Made by a program: the position numbers and the translations under genes. The notes under the pieces are model-generated. The model searched no databases. It was not told the origin of the DNA and worked only from the letters and a program-made list of their open reading frames with translations. Source: an uncultured bacterium (GTDB taxonomy: Bacteria > Fidelibacterota > Marinisomatia > Marinisomatales > JABMOV01). Taken from it: 64,000 nucleotides of DNA. The stretch covers positions 71,790 through 135,789 of the forward strand of contig CAYFMT010000003.1 in assembly GCA_964344305.1 (NCBI GenBank), in the 5' to 3' direction. Below, in pieces: positions 18,873 through 28,325 of the stretch. Numbering within the stretch: the first letter of the stretch is position 1; each line of letters opens with the position of its first letter.

Positions 18873-19682
18873 CTACCAGTTTAGTACCTGCTTAAAGAAA
18901 AGAATATGATGCGGCAGAGTGGTGGTCCAGTACTCCCATGAGTGGGTGCCGGGACGCTCGGAATACACATGATCAATCCCACTGGACAACAGATTCGTGT
19001 GCATGTTTCGGTTTACATGGATGTACTTATCCTCCACACCACAGTCCAGAATCAGACGTGAATTAAATGGTGTAAGCATTTTTGATTGATACACGTTACT
19101 GATCTGATTCAAGTCTTCTATTATTTCCATCCCTGCCAAATTCCTGATATCGTTTGAAAACCTGGTCTGTGTCAAATCCATAACACCACTCATACTTCCT
19201 GCAGCACCAAATGTATCTGGAAATTGTGATGCTATATAAAAAGATCCATGTCCACCCATGCTAAGTCCCGTGATGGCTCTACCATTTCTGGATCTAACAG
19301 TTGAATAGTGAGTATCTATCCATGCCACTACTTCTTCACCAACATAAGTCCGAAATTGATTTTTATTATTTACTGGGCTATCCAAATACCAACCACTGTA
19401 TCCACCCTCCGGACACACAATGATGATGCTATACTGGTCGGATATCTTTCCCAGGTCCATTTTGTTGTTCCAGTCACTGAATCCACCACTCCATCCATGG
19501 AGCAGGTATAAAACCGGGAAGGTTTGGTCTGTTCTTTCATTGCCATCGGGAATCACTACAACATTTGATAAAAGTGAATCCATGGCTTCACTGTATATAC
19601 TGACTGTGTCAATAGTGGCGCCAAATGCGCCAGATACTATAGCAAGTATCAACACCAGCTGCCTGTGATATTTTGTGTTCAT
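18873..19682 (-). CDS. Secreted alpha/beta-hydrolase, 'putative esterase' (esterase D/CE1-like) family
   Basis: VLYLLHGWSGGFSDW and the nucleophile elbow GLSMGGHG. I prefer ATG 19682 (MNTKYHRQLVLILAIVSGAFGA, signal peptide) over the track start at 19730. Confidence 0.8.
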   Translation of the reverse strand: MNTKYHRQLVLILAIVSGAFGATIDTVSIYSEAMDSLLSNVVVIPDGNERTDQTFPVLYLLHGWSGGFSDWNNKMDLGKISDQYSIIIVCPEGGYSGWYLDSPVNNKNQFRTYVGEEVVAWIDTHYSTVRSRNGRAITGLSMGGHGSFYIASQFPDTFGAAGSMSGVMDLTQTRFSNDIRNLAGMEIIEDLNQISNVYQSKMLTPFNSRLILDCGVEDKYIHVNRNMHTNLLSSGIDHVYSERPGTHSWEYWTTTLPHHILFFKQVLNW

Positions 19683-19803
19683 TTTATTATTCTTATATAG
19701 ATTCTTATTGCCGGGTAAAAAAATAGACATGGGGAAAAACTACTAAACCTTTTATTTTTTCAGTCCAAATTATGACGAATAACCGATATTAACAGGAAAA
19801 TAA

Positions 19804-21297
19804 ATGCAATCCATCGCCATCATTCAGTACGATAACCATACCACAACCATTCCGAATGAATTCCTGATTTCAGATATTGAAATCAAGAATTTTACTCTTT
19901 CAGAATCGCAGGATCATGATTCCAATGGAATCATTGGATTGAAAGAAAAAACCCTTGGAGATGCCTTGAATCAGGTCCTCTCCGCCACTTCCGTGGATGG
20001 GATCATTTTCATCGACAATAAGGATTACAATGTTCGTCTGACCAACACCGCCCTGGAGCTAGTTGTTATTACATCCAGAAGACATCCTGGTTATGGATAC
20101 ATCTATTCCGACTACAAGGTTGTATCAGATGGAACTGAAAGTGAGATTCACCTTCTTCACCATCATATTGGGCGTGTCAGGGATAACCAGGATTACGGGA
20201 GGGTATTTTACTTCAATGTGGAAGCAGTGAAATCCGTTGGTGGATTTGATGCATCCTTACATTACAGTACATTGTATGATATTCGATTGAAACTCTCAGA
20301 GGAACATGAACCCGTTCACATTAGCAATCGTTATGATGGATCTCTTTATTCAGTGGAAATGTCCCGTTCTTCATCCAATGTGTTTGATTATCTCATGGCA
20401 TCCAAAGATGCGCAGCTTGAGGCTGAGCATGTGGTCACAGAACACCTGAAACGTATTGGGGCCTACCTTGCCCCTGGTGAGGGATACAATGCGCGTCCGG
20501 ATGTTTCTACTTCCTTGACTGCTTCCATCATTATTCCGGTCAATAATCGTCCTGAATTCATAGGCACAGCCATTCGTAGTGTCCAGGCGCAAACAGTGAA
20601 GGATGTGGAGATCATTGTCGTTGTGAACGGCGGTGAAAGCGACACCACCATCCAGGAAGTTGAAAAATACAGGCTTGGGGGCGAATACTATGATGCAAAC
20701 AAACCACCGGTACATTTGCTGGTACTTGATATTAATAATATCGGTCTATGTCTCAACCTCGGCAGCCTGAATGCAAAAGGGAAGTATTATGTTCAACTGG
20801 ATTCAGATGATCGTCTTAAACCAGATGCAGTACAAAAAATCGTAGACGTGTTCGAGTCTGATCCACATATCGGAATGGTTATAGGATCCTATGAAGTGTG
20901 GGAAAAAAATGAAGCAGGGGATTTATCCAGGATGGAAGAAATACCTGTTGTAACCCATGATGAATGGACTGAAGAAAATGGTAGAAATAACCTTCTCAGG
21001 ATTAATGGTGCAGGGGCACCACGCTCCATTCCCATCAACCTGATTCGAGACATGGGTTATTTTGGGATGAATGATGATCCTTATGCCAGAAACTATGGTG
21101 AAGATTATGACATGGTTCTGCATATTAGTGAACGATACAAAATCGGTCGTGTCTGGGATCCCATTTATGATGTTATCAGGCATGCCGGTGGTACTGATCA
21201 TGCCATTGACCAGCATACTGTGGACCGTAATGACAATGCAAAGGACAGAATGAGGTTAGAAGCAATACAACGCAGACAAAAAATGGGTGGAGAATAA
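19804..21297 (+). CDS. Family-2 glycosyltransferase with ~235-aa N-terminal domain of unknown function
   Basis: 497 aa. The C-terminal half has ASIIIPVNNRPEFIGTAIRSVQAQT..VEIIVVVNGG and QLDSDD (the DxD region of GT2). Confidence 0.75.
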   Translation: MQSIAIIQYDNHTTTIPNEFLISDIEIKNFTLSESQDHDSNGIIGLKEKTLGDALNQVLSATSVDGIIFIDNKDYNVRLTNTALELVVITSRRHPGYGYIYSDYKVVSDGTESEIHLLHHHIGRVRDNQDYGRVFYFNVEAVKSVGGFDASLHYSTLYDIRLKLSEEHEPVHISNRYDGSLYSVEMSRSSSNVFDYLMASKDAQLEAEHVVTEHLKRIGAYLAPGEGYNARPDVSTSLTASIIIPVNNRPEFIGTAIRSVQAQTVKDVEIIVVVNGGESDTTIQEVEKYRLGGEYYDANKPPVHLLVLDINNIGLCLNLGSLNAKGKYYVQLDSDDRLKPDAVQKIVDVFESDPHIGMVIGSYEVWEKNEAGDLSRMEEIPVVTHDEWTEENGRNNLLRINGAGAPRSIPINLIRDMGYFGMNDDPYARNYGEDYDMVLHISERYKIGRVWDPIYDVIRHAGGTDHAIDQHTVDRNDNAKDRMRLEAIQRRQKMGGE

Positions 21298-22488
21298 ATG
21301 GAAAAACCATTTCATCTTATTGGTATCGACGGTGGTGCTACGAAAGTATCTGTATGGGCTGTGCAGATATCAAGCAACGATGAAGTTGATCTATCAGCCA
21401 ATTCCACCACTCGTAACTATTCCGATGATCCAAGGTTTATTCAGGATTTTGTTCCGGTTGACATCACAACGCAATTATCAGAAATGAACAAGTCCATTCA
21501 CTTAACTGATAATGAACGTCAACAGGGACATGTTATTATTGAAACCTTTGCCCATGCCATAGAATCAATCGCTGTAAATCTTTCTGAAAAACCATTACTA
21601 ATTGGTGTTGGAATGCCTGGCCTGAAATCGACGGACAAACGTGGAATTGTGGCACTGGCCAATGGTCCAAGGATGCCTGAATTCGCCATGGGTTTGGAAG
21701 AGGAACTAAACAGGCGAAACATAGAACTACACCATCCGATCTCTCAAATTGGCAGTGATGCAGATTATTGCGGTATGGGTGAAGAATACGCAGGTGATGG
21801 GCAATTCAAACCTGTGCAAAATGCGTATTATCTCGGTGGTGGCACCGGTGCTGCAGATGCCATGAAGCTTCGTGGGAAGCTTACCCCTTTTGACCAAATG
21901 AAACCTTGGATCGCAAAAACGTGGGAAATGAAGAACCAGCTGGGTATCAGTCTAGAACGGTATGCGTCTGCAGGTGGAATCCAGTGGGTCTATGCAAACC
22001 ATTACTCCCACATGACAGTGGAATCCATGAATGAGAAAGGCATTTACCCTTCCCAGCTTCTGGACCTGGCGATCCAGGGCGATCCTGCAGCTGTGGATAC
22101 CTTTGACGATGTGAGCACAAACCTGGCTATGCTCCTGTTTGAGCGAATGACAACTGTATTCTCAGGGTGGCGTGATCTGTTCGAGTTTGTGAGTCCAGAT
22201 AAAGAGAACCCGGAAAAAGAACACGCTTATTCAGGAATTCTCCTTGATCGAATTATTATAGGTCAACGTCTCGGTGACCTCATCGAGCAATCACGTGCTT
22301 CACATATCCTTTGGGAGCAGATAAAGGGCAATCTTGAACATTTATTTGAAACCACCCGAGATTTAGAAAAGGTGTTTCGTGATCACTATTGTCCAGAGGG
22401 TTTGTTGAATGAATCCCTATTTACCACATCTCGCTTAAGGGAGGCTCCAGTGCTCGGTGCTGCAATGGAAGCCTATCTTTCTCAGTAA
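21298..22488 (+). CDS. BadF/BadG/BcrA/BcrD-type ATPase (GlcNAc/MurNAc-kinase-like sugar kinase)
   Basis: 396 aa. N-terminal phosphate-1 motif LIGIDGGATKVSV, later YLGGGTGAAD. The ATG immediately follows the GT2 stop (21295-21300, TAAATG). Confidence 0.7.
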   Translation: MEKPFHLIGIDGGATKVSVWAVQISSNDEVDLSANSTTRNYSDDPRFIQDFVPVDITTQLSEMNKSIHLTDNERQQGHVIIETFAHAIESIAVNLSEKPLLIGVGMPGLKSTDKRGIVALANGPRMPEFAMGLEEELNRRNIELHHPISQIGSDADYCGMGEEYAGDGQFKPVQNAYYLGGGTGAADAMKLRGKLTPFDQMKPWIAKTWEMKNQLGISLERYASAGGIQWVYANHYSHMTVESMNEKGIYPSQLLDLAIQGDPAAVDTFDDVSTNLAMLLFERMTTVFSGWRDLFEFVSPDKENPEKEHAYSGILLDRIIIGQRLGDLIEQSRASHILWEQIKGNLEHLFETTRDLEKVFRDHYCPEGLLNESLFTTSRLREAPVLGAAMEAYLSQ

Positions 22489-22489
22489 T

Positions 22490-23764
22490 ATGGTGTGTAT
22501 TTCTGATATAAGAACTGAGCCTCAAATTCGAGTAGGCGTTATACTTCCAGAGGATAATCTCACATCCGCTGACCTTTCTATCAAAATAAATGACAAAGAG
22601 GCTTCGTTACATCTTGACGTGCAGAATGACCTTCTAAAAATTGGCAGTGAAACTTTTGAGACGTACTCTACCTCCGTCCCATCTTCCAACATTCTCCTCA
22701 ATCACATTACCATGGAAAACATGGTTGCAGGTAGAGGGTTCCACTGGCAGAAATCTGTCCCTATGTCCTTCCCTGGGTCGCTGCATTTTTCTGTGATCAA
22801 TGGGTCCATTCTTGCTGTAAATGAATTGCCACTGGAACAATATCTCATGTGTGTTGCTACATCCGAGATGGGCACAGCATGTCCCGAAGCGCTCATCCAG
22901 GCTCAAACCATTGTAGCACGGTCATTTATTCTCGCCAATGCTGAGAAAAAGCATGATACACTGGGATTTGATTTTTGCAATGATGATTGCTGTCAGCGTT
23001 ATCATGGTATCGATGGATTGAGCAAACAATCCATGGCCGGCTCAGAATCAACCAGGGGATTGGTGTGCGACTACAAGGGTATTGTAGGTGATACACGCTA
23101 TTCAAAATCCTGTGGTGGAATGATGGAATCATTTGGAGCAGTCTGGAATGAACCAAACCCGAACTACTACGAAGTCAAGCCTGACCAATTTGACCATCTG
23201 GAACCTGTTGACCTGTCAAAGGAATCGGAGTTTTATCACTGGATTGAATCTCCCCCCTATTCGTTTTGCAGTCCTGATTTCATACCTGAAAACAACTTAT
23301 CACAATACCTGGGTGGTGTAGATGAATCTGGTAAATACTTTCGGTGGCAATTCACTTATACCCAGAACGACCTTGTATCTATGATTAATGATGCATCGAA
23401 GTCAAATTATATGAATATTCTTGCGTTAAAAGTGCTGAAACGCGGCGGATCAGGACGAATTATAAAAATGGAAATTCATGGCATTGATTCGGATGGGAAG
23501 CCATTGATTTTACCCCTTTCATCAGAGTATGAAATTCGTCGCCAACTTCATCCCGGATTTTTGTTCAGTTCTGCTTTTACTATTCATTACAATTCGCATA
23601 CAGAAAAAATACCTGATTCTATTACATTGAAAGGTGCCGGATGGGGTCATGGTGCCGGTTTGTGTCAAATTGGGGCCCTTGGAATGGCACTGGCAGGTCT
23701 TTCTGCAAAAGATATTGTTTTGCATTACTATCCAAATACTTCATTAACAAAATGTTACCAGTGA
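22490..23764 (+). CDS. SpoIID/LytB-domain protein (peptidoglycan lytic transglycosylase / amidase-enhancer family)
   Basis: RYSKSCGGMMES and GAGWGHGAGLCQIGALGMA match the conserved SpoIID C-terminal blocks. The track start 22457 overlaps the kinase gene by 32 nt, so I prefer ATG 22490 (MVCISD). Confidence 0.75.
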   Translation: MVCISDIRTEPQIRVGVILPEDNLTSADLSIKINDKEASLHLDVQNDLLKIGSETFETYSTSVPSSNILLNHITMENMVAGRGFHWQKSVPMSFPGSLHFSVINGSILAVNELPLEQYLMCVATSEMGTACPEALIQAQTIVARSFILANAEKKHDTLGFDFCNDDCCQRYHGIDGLSKQSMAGSESTRGLVCDYKGIVGDTRYSKSCGGMMESFGAVWNEPNPNYYEVKPDQFDHLEPVDLSKESEFYHWIESPPYSFCSPDFIPENNLSQYLGGVDESGKYFRWQFTYTQNDLVSMINDASKSNYMNILALKVLKRGGSGRIIKMEIHGIDSDGKPLILPLSSEYEIRRQLHPGFLFSSAFTIHYNSHTEKIPDSITLKGAGWGHGAGLCQIGALGMALAGLSAKDIVLHYYPNTSLTKCYQ

Positions 23765-23771
23765 GGACGTT

Positions 23772-25616
23772 ATGAGTCAAACCCAGAGATCACCCTGGTG
23801 GTGGATTCCATCCCTGTATTTTGCTGAAGGAATCCCTTATGCAGTCGTTATGCTTTTATCAGTTGTGTTATACAAACGAATGGGCGTTTCCAACACAGAT
23901 ATTGCATTGTACACAAGCTGGTTGTATCTCCCATGGGTTATCAAACCACTTTGGAGTCCTATTGTAGACATACTAAAAACCAAGCGTTGGTGGATTATCA
24001 TAACACAAATCTTAATTGGTGCAGGTCTCGGTGGTGTGGCTCTAACCATTCCATTACCTGCATTCTTCAAATTTACTCTGGCGTTTTTCTGGCTACTGGC
24101 ATTCAGTTCCGCCACCCATGATATTGCGGCTGACGGATTCTATATGCTGGGGTTATCGAAGCATGATCAGGCATGGTTTGTAGGCATAAGAAGTACATTT
24201 TATCGTATTGCCATCATCTTTGCTCAGGGAATCCTCATCATCTTTGCAGGGCTTATCGAATCTTCCACCGGGTTGGATACTGTGAACACAACCATTATAT
24301 CCAATCCTGAACCCGTAAAGCAAATGATCGACCCTTCAAGCTATGATAAGAAAATGGCTACACCGGGACAGGGAATTGTCTGTGTACCGGATACCTTGTT
24401 CATTTCCACCATTAAACAGGATGAAGATAAAATTGATGGTATTCTCACCATGGCAAAAACCTGGAATTCGAAGCAGGGTCAATTAAAGGAAAATCAGGTT
24501 TCCGGAAGTGAAAATGAGAATCAACAAGAGGGAATGTTCCATGGGTTCGTTCAATCCCTGGAATCATTTCTAACCAGATATTTTGGCGATACATTTAGCG
24601 GGGCCGGAAACACTACAGGAAATATTGGGCTCATGCTCGTATCGCTGGCAGAAAAACCGGAAGCAGGAAAAGAAGTTGTGGTGAATTTTGGTCGTGATTC
24701 CGGAGACAAAAGCTTTTCATGTATAGAAGGCGATCGGATGGTTTTCACCGAAAAGAACTGGGATAAACCCGTTATGGCAGTGATCCAGCTTGATCCAAAA
24801 TTAAAATCACGTTCCATGGCGACTTTCAGTGCGAAAGCCGGGAATATCCCATTGGCCTGGGCTGTAACATTTTTTGTTATCGCCGGATTGTTTGTTGTCT
24901 TCTTCATCTATCATAGAATCATCCTGCCAAAACCAGATGAAGATGTGGAACAAACCGATACACAATTCGGAAATCTGATGACCAATTTTTTCAATACATT
25001 CAAGGGATTCTTTACGAAAGAGAAAATTGGGATATCCATATTGTTTATCCTCATCTACCGTTTTGGTGAAGCCCAGCTTGTGAAAATCTCCCCCCTCTTT
25101 ATGCTTGATGCTTTTGAAGCTGGAGGACTGGCACTTACTACAGGGCAATACGGATTCATCTATGGTACTCTTGGAGCACTTGCATTGACACTGGGCGGGA
25201 TTCTCGGAGGCATCATGGCATCCAGACATGGATTGAAATACTGGATCCTCTGGATGGCTTTGGCCATGAAGTTCCCTGATGTTGTGTACGTATATCTTTC
25301 CTATGTCCAACCGGATAATTTCTTCTTTATCGCATCCTGTGTCACCATCGAACAATTCGGATATGGGTTCGGATTTACGGCTTATATGCTGTATATGATT
25401 ACGGTGGCGGAAGGTGAACACAAAACCGCCCACTATGCAATATGTACCGGATTCATGGCACTTGGAATGATGATTCCCGGCATGTTCAGTGGGTGGCTGC
25501 AGGAAATCATCGGATACCAACATTTCTTCATCTGGGTACTGTTGGGTACCATTCCCGGTTTGATCTTGCTAAAATGGCTGCCTATTGATCCGAATTTTGG
25601 AAAGAAAACATCATGA
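23772..25616 (+). CDS. ampG: AmpG-family MFS muropeptide permease with large central hydrophilic insertion
   Basis: 614 aa. N-terminus RSPWWWIPSLYFAEGIPYAVV is typical of AmpG/PAT-family permeases. About 6 hydrophobic helices lie on each side of a ~195-aa hydrophilic segment (aa ~163-358). Confidence 0.7.
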   Translation: MSQTQRSPWWWIPSLYFAEGIPYAVVMLLSVVLYKRMGVSNTDIALYTSWLYLPWVIKPLWSPIVDILKTKRWWIIITQILIGAGLGGVALTIPLPAFFKFTLAFFWLLAFSSATHDIAADGFYMLGLSKHDQAWFVGIRSTFYRIAIIFAQGILIIFAGLIESSTGLDTVNTTIISNPEPVKQMIDPSSYDKKMATPGQGIVCVPDTLFISTIKQDEDKIDGILTMAKTWNSKQGQLKENQVSGSENENQQEGMFHGFVQSLESFLTRYFGDTFSGAGNTTGNIGLMLVSLAEKPEAGKEVVVNFGRDSGDKSFSCIEGDRMVFTEKNWDKPVMAVIQLDPKLKSRSMATFSAKAGNIPLAWAVTFFVIAGLFVVFFIYHRIILPKPDEDVEQTDTQFGNLMTNFFNTFKGFFTKEKIGISILFILIYRFGEAQLVKISPLFMLDAFEAGGLALTTGQYGFIYGTLGALALTLGGILGGIMASRHGLKYWILWMALAMKFPDVVYVYLSYVQPDNFFFIASCVTIEQFGYGFGFTAYMLYMITVAEGEHKTAHYAICTGFMALGMMIPGMFSGWLQEIIGYQHFFIWVLLGTIPGLILLKWLPIDPNFGKKTS

Positions 25617-26731
25617 GTATTGCAAAGAGTGAACGGTTAATTGCGCTGGATGCCTTCAGGGGATTAACGATTGCCATGATGATTCTGGTGAATACTCCTG
25701 GAAGCTGGTCCTATGTCTATTCACCGCTTCGCCATGCAAAGTGGCATGGATGCACTCCAACTGACCTCGTGTTTCCATTTTTCTTGTTTATCGTCGGCAC
25801 AGCCATGGTGTTTTCATTCAAGAAATTTGATTATACTTTGAACAGGGATCTTGCGAAGAAAATAATCGGTCGAACCATAACCATCTTCGCATTCGGATTA
25901 ATCCTCAATGCCTACCCATTTATCCGACAGGAATGGGATTATTCCACATTGCGAATTCTAGGTGTCTTACAGAGAATCGCCCTTGCCTATGGTATCGCGG
26001 CATTTCTTATTCTACTTTTTGATTCAAAGAAACTATGGTATATCTCAGTTGGAATACTCTCAGTTTACTGGTTCATCATGTGGGCGTTTGGTGGCGATGA
26101 TCCGTACAGCCTGACAGGTAATGTGGCCAGGGTAATTGATATGGTCATCATTGGAGAATCCCATTTATGGAAAGGAATGGGATTACCCTTTGATCCAGAA
26201 GGTTTATTCAGTACCCTCCCGGCTATTGTCACTGTCATCCTTGGGTTTAAGACAGGTACCTGGATCAGGGATAATGGTGCCACAATATCCACTGTAAGAA
26301 ATATGATCATCTTTGGTGTATTCTGGATTTTCATTGGATGGGTCTGGGGTTGGTTTTTCCCCATTAACAAACAATTATGGACAAGTAGCTACGTCTTTTA
26401 TACTGCAGGATTGGCCACGGTTTTTCTGGCATTCTTCCTTTGGCTCATAGATATTAAAGGGTACAAAACCATAGCACAGCCATTCGTGGTGTTTGGATCC
26501 AATGCCATTTTTGTGTTTACAGCTTCCGGACTCTGGGTGAAATCTATTATTCGGTTTTCTTTCACATTCGAAGGTGAATCCGTCAACGGGTATACCTATT
26601 TATACAAATCGCTTTTCGTCCCTCTTGCAGGGAATATGAATGGCTCACTTCTATTTGCCATAACTCATATACTGGTATGGTGGCTGGTCCTTTACTGGCT
26701 TTACAGAAGAAACCTGTTCATCAAAATCTAA
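25613..26731 (+). CDS. Polytopic membrane acyltransferase, HGSNAT/DUF5009-DUF1624-like
   Basis: 372 aa. N-terminal ERLIALDAFRGLTIAMMILVN is the family signature. About 10 hydrophobic helices. ATGA start/stop overlap with the AmpG-like gene. Confidence 0.7.
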   Translation: MSIAKSERLIALDAFRGLTIAMMILVNTPGSWSYVYSPLRHAKWHGCTPTDLVFPFFLFIVGTAMVFSFKKFDYTLNRDLAKKIIGRTITIFAFGLILNAYPFIRQEWDYSTLRILGVLQRIALAYGIAAFLILLFDSKKLWYISVGILSVYWFIMWAFGGDDPYSLTGNVARVIDMVIIGESHLWKGMGLPFDPEGLFSTLPAIVTVILGFKTGTWIRDNGATISTVRNMIIFGVFWIFIGWVWGWFFPINKQLWTSSYVFYTAGLATVFLAFFLWLIDIKGYKTIAQPFVVFGSNAIFVFTASGLWVKSIIRFSFTFEGESVNGYTYLYKSLFVPLAGNMNGSLLFAITHILVWWLVLYWLYRRNLFIKI

Positions 26732-26732
26732 T

Positions 26733-27524
26733 ATGGATCTTGGAATAACAGGGAAAACGGCCCTTGTTTTCGCATCCACCAGAGGATTGGGGTACGGTGT
26801 CGCAAAAGCACTATCCATGGATCATGCAAATGTTGTTATCAGTGGACGAGATGAGAATCAATTGCACAATGCCATTCAATCTATTGAGAAAGAATCACAT
26901 TCATCTGTTTTTGGATTTTCATGTGATGTAACAGATCTTTCACAGCAAGATCGATTGTTCGAGTATTGTATAGAGAAAGCGGGCATGCCTGATATCCTCG
27001 TCTATAATGCAGGGGGCCCAAAGGCTGGTGATCCTGAATCGTTTAGTGCTCATGACTTTCAGGAAGCCTTTTCCAGAGGATTTGATCCAGCCGTCCATGC
27101 TATCAAGACTGTACTTCCTCATATGAAAAAAATGAAATGGGGTCGAATCCTTGCCATCACCAGTGTTTCGGTTAAACAGCCACTGGATGATCTTTTGCTT
27201 TCCAATACAACCAGATCGGCACTTACATCTTATATCAAAACCATATCCCGTCAGGTTGGAAACGATGGGATCACCGTTAACTCAATACTTCCCGGTCCCC
27301 ATGATACGGATCGATTAGCATCCCTGGCAGAATCCATTGCAGCCCAACATGACATCTCACCTGCAGATGCACTGAAAAGGCTCTCTAGTGATATCCCCGT
27401 TGGTCGTCCCGGTACCATCGATGAATTTGGTGCTGTTGCTGCGTTTTTATGTTCGAAACATGCTTCTTATATAACCGGCCAGGCTATTGTGCATGATGGT
27501 GGCGGGGTAAGGGCCGTATTTTGA
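26733..27524 (+). CDS. Short-chain dehydrogenase/reductase (FabG-like)
   Basis: 263 aa. Rossmann motif GKTALVFASTRGLGYGVAKAL, NAGG, C-terminal YITGQAIVHDGG. Confidence 0.8.
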   Translation: MDLGITGKTALVFASTRGLGYGVAKALSMDHANVVISGRDENQLHNAIQSIEKESHSSVFGFSCDVTDLSQQDRLFEYCIEKAGMPDILVYNAGGPKAGDPESFSAHDFQEAFSRGFDPAVHAIKTVLPHMKKMKWGRILAITSVSVKQPLDDLLLSNTTRSALTSYIKTISRQVGNDGITVNSILPGPHDTDRLASLAESIAAQHDISPADALKRLSSDIPVGRPGTIDEFGAVAAFLCSKHASYITGQAIVHDGGGVRAVF

Positions 27525-28273
27525 GACTCACTGTTTTTATTACGGGTGCAAGCAGCGGTATTGGTGAATATCTGGCCTATCACTATGCTCGTCAGGGTTG
27601 CATCATTGGATGTTTCGCTCGCCGGGAATCTCTACTGTTCGAAATTCAGGTAAAATGCAAGGACCTGGGTGGAACAGTGGTAGTATATCCCGGTGATACA
27701 TCTAATGAAATTCAGGTCAAATCGGCAATCGAGGATTTTGCAAGTCAACAAGGCAGACTTGATATTGTATATGCCAATGCAGGAATTGGAGGAGCCGATC
27801 CAATTTGGAAAGGTGAAACAAAAGGGATTCATCATATTCTAAATGTCAATATTCACGGTGTTGTAAATACCGTGTATCATGCGGTACCGATCATGATTAA
27901 ACAACAGTCCGGAATGATTGGAGTGGTGAGTTCCGTCGCTGCTTTCAAAGGGTTACCTCGTCATGGGACCTATTCAGGATCAAAAGCGGCCATTCGGAAA
28001 ATGGTGGATGGATGGCGGTACGACCTTATTCGAAACAATATACAAATTACAACCATCCATCCCGGGTTCATCGATACGCCCATGGTGAAAAACAACAAAT
28101 TCATGCCATTCCTCATGGATGTGGAAACGGCCGTAATAAAAATTGTCAAAGCAATGGAATCCGGTAGGAAATCCTATATTTTCCCCTGGCAGTGGCGATG
28201 GGTAATTCCCTTGATGAAAATTGTCCCAGACTGGGTGATAAATGCAATTTACCTTGGTAAAATAAAGAAATAA
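27521..28273 (+). CDS. Short-chain dehydrogenase/reductase
   Basis: 250 aa. ITGASSGIGEYLA (TGxxxGxG), NAGIG, YSGSKAA (YxxxK). TTG start overlaps the upstream TGA (TTGA). Confidence 0.8.
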   Translation: MRLTVFITGASSGIGEYLAYHYARQGCIIGCFARRESLLFEIQVKCKDLGGTVVVYPGDTSNEIQVKSAIEDFASQQGRLDIVYANAGIGGADPIWKGETKGIHHILNVNIHGVVNTVYHAVPIMIKQQSGMIGVVSSVAAFKGLPRHGTYSGSKAAIRKMVDGWRYDLIRNNIQITTIHPGFIDTPMVKNNKFMPFLMDVETAVIKIVKAMESGRKSYIFPWQWRWVIPLMKIVPDWVINAIYLGKIKK

Positions 28274-28312
28274 AAAAACGCCACATTGAATCCATGTGGC
28301 GTTTTTCGTTTT
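28274..28312. terminator. Bidirectional rho-independent terminator between convergent genes
   Basis: AAAAACGCCACAT (28274-28286) / ATGTGGCGTTTTT (28294-28306) with a 7-nt loop. The A-run and T-run flanks allow function on both strands. Confidence 0.9.
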
Positions 28313-28325
28313 ATAGATTATTTGA

